DNA of 64,000 nucleotides, from the NCBI RefSeq assembly GCF_001874145.1, contig NZ_MPCX01000006.1, positions 110,961 to 174,960 of the forward strand, given 5' to 3'. Below are positions 31,368 through 37,525 of this stretch, one piece after another. The notes below the pieces were generated by a model. That model saw only the letters and a program-made list of their open reading frames with translations. It had not been told where the DNA came from and ran no database searches. The position numbers were made by a program, and so were the translations under genes. Each line of letters begins with the position of its first letter. Within the stretch, counting starts at the first letter, position 1. The DNA comes from Lacinutrix sp. MedPE-SW. Its GTDB lineage: Bacteria; Bacteroidota; Bacteroidia; Flavobacteriales; Flavobacteriaceae.

Positions 31368-31781
31368 TTAATCAAATGGAACCAAATCAGGTTCTAAAAA
31401 TTTCGTTTTGGCTTTATCAGAATTGTAAATGTCAAATCCATAATGATAAGACATTAAATCCTTAAAATTATTTTTCAGTCGTGGGAATTCCGCTATAAAA
31501 TTCTTAAAATTATCAGATTTTGATTTGCGCATAAAATGATAAACTGCTTTTATTGCTGCCAAAGTTAAAGTCACATTGTATTTGTCTTTCGCTCCCACAA
31601 ATTCCACAAAGTTTTTCAATCCGATTTGAATATTTTTTTCAGCTTGTTTGATTCCGTATTTTTTGATGTTAATCCACGCCAATCTCAAGTGAGCTTCGTG
31701 AGTAAAGTGAGATGGGTTTAATTTGCAATTAATAAACTCTTTTTCAAAGACAGAATCAGAAAGTTCAAAATGTTTTTCCAT
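31368..31781 (-). CDS. cassette 3 ORF: small soluble protein of unknown function
   Basis: 137-aa helical ORF bounded by attC-like repeats; no motif recognised. Confidence 0.5.
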   Translation of the reverse strand: MEKHFELSDSVFEKEFINCKLNPSHFTHEAHLRLAWINIKKYGIKQAEKNIQIGLKNFVEFVGAKDKYNVTLTLAAIKAVYHFMRKSKSDNFKNFIAEFPRLKNNFKDLMSYHYGFDIYNSDKAKTKFLEPDLVPFD

Positions 31782-31817
31782 AAAATATATTTTTCAGGTT
31801 TGATTTTGTTCAAATTA

Positions 31818-31950
31818 CTGCCAACGTGTTTGTGTAAGATTAGTTGCGTGTTTAAGTATTAAAGTTAGCAAATAAATCATAACTAGAAAATCCGCAAGGA
31901 TTTTAAGAAGTAGACGAGAACAAGCAATTACTTATAGCCATTGTTGTGGT
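31818..31950 (-). repeat. attC-like inter-cassette repeat 2
   Basis: About three-quarters identical by eye to 32509-32642 over the full length. Terminal cores are CTGCCAAC and GTTGTGG; central hairpin AAAATCC-GCAA-GGATTTT. Confidence 0.7.
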
Positions 31951-32465
31951 TAGTTTTTTATTCGTTCAAATTCATAATTGCTAATTCCTCCATAATCTCC
32001 TGCCATAAAAATAAACCAAGCTCCATTTTTATATCCACGAGTTAAGTTCAGATTTCCGTTTTTATTATTTCCCAAAATTGTTTTCCTTTCACGATGAAAA
32101 AATAGAGCAGGAATGGGAACTAAAATCATTTTTTTCTTAATTGAGAAATAATTATCTACAATTTCCCCATCAAATAACATGCTTTTTGTAATCGAATCAT
32201 TTTCGATTAAACTTGCTTTTAATTCCGTATTACTTATCAGTTCAACTTTTACAAATGAGTTTTTAGTGGCTGCTGTTGTGTCTCCTTTAAAAGTTTTATT
32301 ATCAGCAAGAATATTCCAAAGCCCAGTTTTACCATTATCTCCAATTTTGTTGCGGTAAACTCCATTTATATTTTCAGCCGAAAACTCAGTTGATTTATTT
32401 TCACTTTCGGCAATCAATTTCTTTGTTGAAAAGCAACTCGTCAGAGTCAGTGAAATAATTAGCAA
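31950..32465 (-). CDS. cassette 2 ORF: putative lipoprotein, unknown function
   Basis: Lipobox LTLTSC. The annotated TTG start truncates an upstream in-frame signal-peptide-like stretch (see findings). Confidence 0.5.
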   Translation of the reverse strand: MLIISLTLTSCFSTKKLIAESENKSTEFSAENINGVYRNKIGDNGKTGLWNILADNKTFKGDTTAATKNSFVKVELISNTELKASLIENDSITKSMLFDGEIVDNYFSIKKKMILVPIPALFFHRERKTILGNNKNGNLNLTRGYKNGAWFIFMAGDYGGISNYEFERIKN

Positions 32466-32508
32466 TATTAATTTTAATGTTTTCAGAATGTTCTTTTTTT
32501 TTAATTAA

Positions 32509-32642
32509 CCACAACGTGTTTGTGTATGATTTCGTTGCGTGTTTGAGCAACTAATTTAGCAAATACAGACCGAATAGAAAATCCGCGAGGATTTTCGTAA
32601 GTAGGCGAGTACTAGCCATTAATTTTATACGTTGTTGTACGT
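32509..32642 (-). repeat. attC-like inter-cassette repeat 1
   Basis: Starts 7 nt after the stop of the 474-aa ORF. Terminal cores CCACAACG and CGTTGTTGTACGT are partly inverted; perfect hairpin GAAAATCC-GCGA-GGATTTTC at 32577-32596. Confidence 0.7.
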
Positions 32643-32648
32643 AGTTTT

Positions 32649-34073
32649 TTAATAATCGAAATTATATTCTTTAATTAATTCTTCCCGTGATTTGGCTCCT
32701 GCAATCCATTTTCTAATGCTAATTACGTGCTTTTTCGCATTTTTTATATTAATGTCTACAATTTCATCATATTGCGTATCTAAATCTAAATGTTTTATTG
32801 AATTTAGTTCACTTGGAAATGTATAGAAAGGCATCCAGTCTTCTTCAGTCAAAACTTTAATTGGATTAATTTTTGACATTGAATTTAATTCATTAAAGTA
32901 TTTTCCATTTATTTTTTTTGCGGTTACATCAACATCAAGGAATGAAAATAGTTTATGAAAGAAAAAAGATTCACCTATAAATAATTCTTTTAAATCTTCT
33001 ATTTCATATAATGTAGGACAAGAGTTTTTTTCATTTCCTAAATTATTATAATCAATAAATTGTGTGCTGAATTTTGGTATGCAAATAACATCTAAATGTT
33101 CATAAATGGCTTCAATTGGATTATTCCCATAAAAGGTGGAAATATGTTTTGATATGAGTTTTTTTGACAAGGTACTTTTAAATGCAAAAATACCTTTAAA
33201 GAAAGGTGTTGAGCTCATACCTTTTTCTGTAATCATTTCAATACCTTCAAGTGATTCTTTTAGTGTTTTAGCATTGAGTGTAGATTTTATTTCAATAACA
33301 GCAATAACTGATTCTTTTTTCACAACTACTAAATCATCATCTCTGAAAGTTGGTATATAGTTATGTTGGTCATAAATAATTATATCAATTTGCTTACTGA
33401 TTCCTTCTATGAAACCAGTAGCTATGTGGAATTTTTTAGGAATATATTTTGATAAAACAGAAGTAAACAATTTTTCTCTGTAATTACCTACTGTTTGACC
33501 GTGACCAATTACATAATCAATACGATTACTTTGGCTTCTAATTTCATCTGAAATTGATGATAAATATCGTTTTTTGTTTTCGAATTCTTCAAGTTCTTTA
33601 GATAGTGTAATATACTCTCCTGATTTTAATTTTTCAAATTTGAATTTATCAGACCCAACTATATTTATTTTGATAAAAGCTTCTGCAATATCTTTTGTAA
33701 CGTTTAATTTTTTTTGAATGACTTTAATACAGTCTTTAATTTTTAATCGGCGTTTGTCTGATTCATAAATATGATTTATAACTAAATGCCAATTATTTAA
33801 TTTTTTTTGGATTTCTAAATGTTCTTTTTTTTGGTAAGTCTTATATGTGTTGAATAATAGAAATGGCTTAACTTCTATCTCGAAATCTTCAATCTTATAT
33901 TTTTTAAGTCCATTTTCATTTGTTGAATTTTCATTTGAAATCCATAAAATTTCGACGTCATCTTTGTAAATTTTTATTACTTGACCAAATGCTGTTTCTA
34001 TGTAATCGTCATTTAGATTAACGAATAAATGTCTATTGTTAAATGCGTAATTTAAAAACTTTTTGACTTCCAT
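32649..34073 (-). CDS. cassette 1 ORF: 474-aa protein with PD-(D/E)xK-like (DUF6602-like) nuclease core
   Basis: HGQTVGNYRE...SKQIDIIIYD...ESVIAVIEIKS gives a D...E-x-K arrangement with flanking hydrophobic strands; N- and C-terminal regions are unassigned. Confidence 0.55.
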   Translation of the reverse strand: MEVKKFLNYAFNNRHLFVNLNDDYIETAFGQVIKIYKDDVEILWISNENSTNENGLKKYKIEDFEIEVKPFLLFNTYKTYQKKEHLEIQKKLNNWHLVINHIYESDKRRLKIKDCIKVIQKKLNVTKDIAEAFIKINIVGSDKFKFEKLKSGEYITLSKELEEFENKKRYLSSISDEIRSQSNRIDYVIGHGQTVGNYREKLFTSVLSKYIPKKFHIATGFIEGISKQIDIIIYDQHNYIPTFRDDDLVVVKKESVIAVIEIKSTLNAKTLKESLEGIEMITEKGMSSTPFFKGIFAFKSTLSKKLISKHISTFYGNNPIEAIYEHLDVICIPKFSTQFIDYNNLGNEKNSCPTLYEIEDLKELFIGESFFFHKLFSFLDVDVTAKKINGKYFNELNSMSKINPIKVLTEEDWMPFYTFPSELNSIKHLDLDTQYDEIVDINIKNAKKHVISIRKWIAGAKSREELIKEYNFDY

Positions 34074-34099
34074 TTTTGAAATTTCAATTTTTATATATG

Positions 34100-34200
34100 A
34101 TTTGCTCTAAATTACGTACAACTATTATATATACCAAACATAATCATTTTGTACCGGTTAGCAAACTAATTTGTAGGAATATACCAACTTTTGTTAAAGT
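34100..34200 (-). other. attI-like junction region (core GTTGTACGT on minus strand at 34122..34114)
   Basis: The 10-nt TACGTACAAC here is repeated as its reverse complement at the distal end of cassette 1 (32634-32643). Also shares AGCAA(A)CTAATTT with the attC-like repeats. Confidence 0.55.
34135..34165 (-). promoter_or_regulatory. candidate cassette promoter (Pc-like): TTTG-N19-TATGTTTG on minus strand
   Basis: Minus-strand TTTG (34165-34162), 19-nt spacer, TATGTTTG (34142-34135). The predicted start lies just upstream of the cassette junction core. Confidence 0.5.
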
Positions 34201-34218
34201 TTGTATATATTTGATTTT

Positions 34219-35058
34219 ATGGCAGATATCGCAACTTTTTTAGACTTTCAGAAGCTTTTAAAAATTAAAAGATATAGTGAAAATAGTATAAACACTTATT
34301 TGGGTTTAATAAAATCGTTTCATAAATATGTTGGTTTTCAAATAGATTTAGAAAGCCTTGAAAACAAACAATTACTTGCTATTATTATACAAGTTGTTCA
34401 AGATAAAAACCTCGCTTATACTACTCACAAACAATTATGTGCAGCATTAAAACTTTTTTATAAAGAAATGTACGGTAGAGATATAGATTTTTCACCGGTT
34501 TATCCCACAAGGCGTCCAAGTCCCTTACCAAATATTATTTCTACTAAAGAGGTTAAGACTATTTTAGAAAGTCATAATAATATTAAACATAAAACTATGC
34601 TTACAGCCATTTATGCGTTGGGTTTAAGAAGCGGCGAATTAATTAATATTAAAATTGAAGATATAAATAGTGATAGAAATCAAATTTTTATTCGCTCTGG
34701 TAAAGGTAGAAAGGATCGCGTTTTACCATTGCCTAATTCTCTAAGATTTTTATTTAGAGAGTATTACTTACAATATAGACCTAAAAACTATTTGTTTTGT
34801 GGTAGAAATGGTGATAAATATGCTCCAGAAAGCTTACGCAAAGTGTTTAAAATGGCCGTATTTAAAGCTGGAATAAATAAACATATTACATTACATAGTT
34901 TGCGCCATGCGTATGCCACACATTTAATGGATAGAGGTACAGATGTTAGAATTATAAAAGAGTTACTTGGTCACAGTTCTATTAAAACCACACTTATTTA
35001 TACACATGTGACACAAAAAACTTTAGAAAACATACCAAGTCCAATAGATTTTCTTTAA
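34219..35058 (+). CDS. tyrosine site-specific recombinase, IntI-like but Xer-length
   Basis: R..(GKGRKDR)..HSLRHAYATH..LLGHSSIKTTLIYTHV catalytic set and C-terminal SPID tail. ATG at 34219 preferred over the ORF-track TTG at 34201. Confidence 0.85.
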   Translation: MADIATFLDFQKLLKIKRYSENSINTYLGLIKSFHKYVGFQIDLESLENKQLLAIIIQVVQDKNLAYTTHKQLCAALKLFYKEMYGRDIDFSPVYPTRRPSPLPNIISTKEVKTILESHNNIKHKTMLTAIYALGLRSGELINIKIEDINSDRNQIFIRSGKGRKDRVLPLPNSLRFLFREYYLQYRPKNYLFCGRNGDKYAPESLRKVFKMAVFKAGINKHITLHSLRHAYATHLMDRGTDVRIIKELLGHSSIKTTLIYTHVTQKTLENIPSPIDFL

Positions 35059-37514
35059 AATCTAGATGTTAATCGAACATTAAATACTCTGGGTGTTAAA
35101 TAATTTGGTATTGCATATTGACGTTTACTATAAACATCACGCACCCATGTATTGGTAATTGAATTTTGGTTATTAAATACATTAAAAATTTCGAAACCTA
35201 AACTTAACGATTTAAAAGGTTTTTTCCAGCCGCTACTAAATTGTTTATTTTCATCTACTAAAACAAACTGAAAACCAATATCTGCACGTCTATAATCTGG
35301 TAATCTGTTTTGGTAATCGTAAGGATCTGCATAACTTGGAGAACCACCTGGCAATCCTGTATTATAAACAAGGTTTAAATACATTTTAAAGTTTGGTAAA
35401 TTTGGTACATAATCTTGAAATAAAGCAGCAAATTTTAAACGTTGATCTGTTGGTCTAGCAATATAACCGCGGTCGTTAATATTTTCTTCGGTTTTTAAAT
35501 ATCCAAAACTAAACCAGCTCTCGGTTCCTGGAACAAACGCTCCGTTTAAACGCATATCTAAACCATAGGCATAAGCTTTAGCATTATTATTCGCTGCATA
35601 GCGTATTCTTACATTTTCAACAGTATATGGGTTGACGTCTGATAGTTTTTTGTAATACGCCTCAGTAGTTAATTTAAATGGGCGATCCCACATTTTAAAA
35701 CTATAATCATTTCCTAATACTAAGTGTATAGATTTTTGTGCTTTTACGTTTAATTGTACGTCGCCATTTGCGTCTCGTAATTCTCTGTAAAATGGAGGCT
35801 GAAAGTATAAACCACCACTTACTCTAAAAAGCATATCTTTTTCCCAATTTGGTTTTATTGCAAATTGTGCTCTTGGGCTTATTACTGTTTGAAAATCACC
35901 ACTAACTCCATTGTTTTTTACTTGCCAGTTATGGGCACGAACTCCTGCATTATACCAAACATCTGCATCGCCAATTGTACTGCGTTTACTCCATTGTAAA
36001 TAGGCTTGTATCCTATTAATTTGTGTGTTGTTTCGCGACTGTACATTTGTAAATGCAGTTAATGGAAACTCGTCTGGTGCATATGGCTCATCATTAAATC
36101 CTGCGCCTGGAGGATTTATAGAGAATCCTGCCGAATCTATAACTTCCCATTCTATTAAACGGTCGCGAATATCTTCATTTGTATATTTAACAGACCATTT
36201 TATCTCGTTGTCTTCTACTGTTGCAGTTCCTTTATGCTCTATTGTTGTTATTAAAGCATCTAAATCATTTCTACCATGACTTAATTGACTGCCTATACCT
36301 TCAGAAAATTCTACTTCACCTAAATCTTCATCTCCTATATTACTGTTTACTTCTCCTAAACGGTATTGTGCTAAAATATCAAAATGTTCTTCTTCTGTAG
36401 TGTGATATGTAGAAGCTACTAAATTTAAATTAATATTATCATTTAAATTATAACGTGCTTGTAATGCTCCAAAAAGTGTTTGGTAACTGTCACGCTCTTG
36501 GCCTTGATAAACCACTAATAAAGCTAATGGGTTTTCTAATGTTCCAAAATTTGTTTGTCTTGTTTGTGGCTCGTAACGGTATTTATTTAACGAGGCATTA
36601 CCTAAAAAACTTAACTCTAACTTATCTGTAAACTTATAGGTTAAATAAGTTTGTGCATCTATAAAAGTAGGGTCGTAGTTAGTTTCTGTTTCTTTTGCAT
36701 CTACTAGTAAACTGTTATCTCTATAACGTACACCTGTAATGGATGTGAATTTTGAGTCTTTACTTGCTGTTTCTAAAGTAAGGCTTCCGCCTAATAAGCT
36801 TAAATCTAAAGCGACACCAAAATCTACGGGTTTTTTATATGTAATATCTAAAACTGAAGATAGTTTGTCTCCATATTTGGCTTGAAATCCACCTGCCGAA
36901 AAATCTACATTTTGTACCATGTCGCTGTTTACAAAACTTAAACCTTCTTGTTGTCCAGACCTAACTAAAAATGGTCTGTAAATTTCAATACCATTGACAT
37001 ATACAAGGTTTTCATCAAAATTACCACCACGTACATTATACTGTGTGCTTAACTCATTATTACCACTTACTCCAGGTAAGGTTTTTAAAATATTTTCTAC
37101 ACCAGCTTGTGCACCAGGAATTTTTCTAATAACAGCTGGAGCTATTGTTGTAACGCCTTCTACATCTTTACGTTTTTTTCCGCTAATAACTACTGTAGAA
37201 ATTTGCTCAACATCAGTTTTCATTACTGGATTAAACTCAAAAACTTCTCCGTTTTTTAAATTTACTTTAATGGATACTTTTTTATGGGATACGTGAGAGT
37301 AGTTTATAGAAACCTCTGTATTGTTTTCTATTTTTAGTTCGTAAAAACCATCACGATTTGTGGTAGTTCCACTTGCATTAGCTTTAATATTTACACCTTC
37401 TATAGGTGTATTGTTTTCGTTTAAAATAACGCCGGTAACTGTTGCAGATTGTGCCAGAGCAAAAAAGGGCAGAAGCAAGGCTGTAAAATAAAATAGAATG
37501 GTTTTTTTAGTCAA
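35055..37514 (-). CDS. TonB-dependent receptor
   Basis: Signal peptide, CarboxypepD_reg domain, plug, long barrel, C-terminal RLTSRF. Confidence 0.8.
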   Translation of the reverse strand: MTKKTILFYFTALLLPFFALAQSATVTGVILNENNTPIEGVNIKANASGTTTNRDGFYELKIENNTEVSINYSHVSHKKVSIKVNLKNGEVFEFNPVMKTDVEQISTVVISGKKRKDVEGVTTIAPAVIRKIPGAQAGVENILKTLPGVSGNNELSTQYNVRGGNFDENLVYVNGIEIYRPFLVRSGQQEGLSFVNSDMVQNVDFSAGGFQAKYGDKLSSVLDITYKKPVDFGVALDLSLLGGSLTLETASKDSKFTSITGVRYRDNSLLVDAKETETNYDPTFIDAQTYLTYKFTDKLELSFLGNASLNKYRYEPQTRQTNFGTLENPLALLVVYQGQERDSYQTLFGALQARYNLNDNINLNLVASTYHTTEEEHFDILAQYRLGEVNSNIGDEDLGEVEFSEGIGSQLSHGRNDLDALITTIEHKGTATVEDNEIKWSVKYTNEDIRDRLIEWEVIDSAGFSINPPGAGFNDEPYAPDEFPLTAFTNVQSRNNTQINRIQAYLQWSKRSTIGDADVWYNAGVRAHNWQVKNNGVSGDFQTVISPRAQFAIKPNWEKDMLFRVSGGLYFQPPFYRELRDANGDVQLNVKAQKSIHLVLGNDYSFKMWDRPFKLTTEAYYKKLSDVNPYTVENVRIRYAANNNAKAYAYGLDMRLNGAFVPGTESWFSFGYLKTEENINDRGYIARPTDQRLKFAALFQDYVPNLPNFKMYLNLVYNTGLPGGSPSYADPYDYQNRLPDYRRADIGFQFVLVDENKQFSSGWKKPFKSLSLGFEIFNVFNNQNSITNTWVRDVYSKRQYAIPNYLTPRVFNVRLTSRF

Positions 37515-37525
37515 GGTAGCAAGTA

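Larger units (their letters stand above)
30429..35058. mobile_element. integron-like platform: tyrosine recombinase, attI-like region, at least four cassettes, then decayed repeat copies
   Basis: Recombinase gene is divergent from a co-oriented array of single ORFs. Conserved inter-ORF repeats have matched cassette-specific bases at both ends of each unit. Confidence 0.6.

Noticed and set aside
30429-32642. Whether the regularly spaced inter-ORF repeats are a CRISPR array or simple terminators/REP elements
   Set aside because: They are not CRISPR: the repeats are ~134 nt, are not identical, and the spacers are 400-1400-nt protein-coding units. A terminator or REP explanation alone does not account for the matched cassette-specific bases at both ends of each unit. 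An additional RNA-level role for the hairpin is not excluded.
34201-34218. ORF-track TTG start for the recombinase, and a TATATTTG (34206-34213) that could be its -7 box
   Set aside because: ATG at 34219 gives a natural N-terminus (MADIATFLDF...). The -7-like box has no TTTG at the 19-21-nt spacing and sits only 5 nt from the ATG, so I do not call it a promoter.
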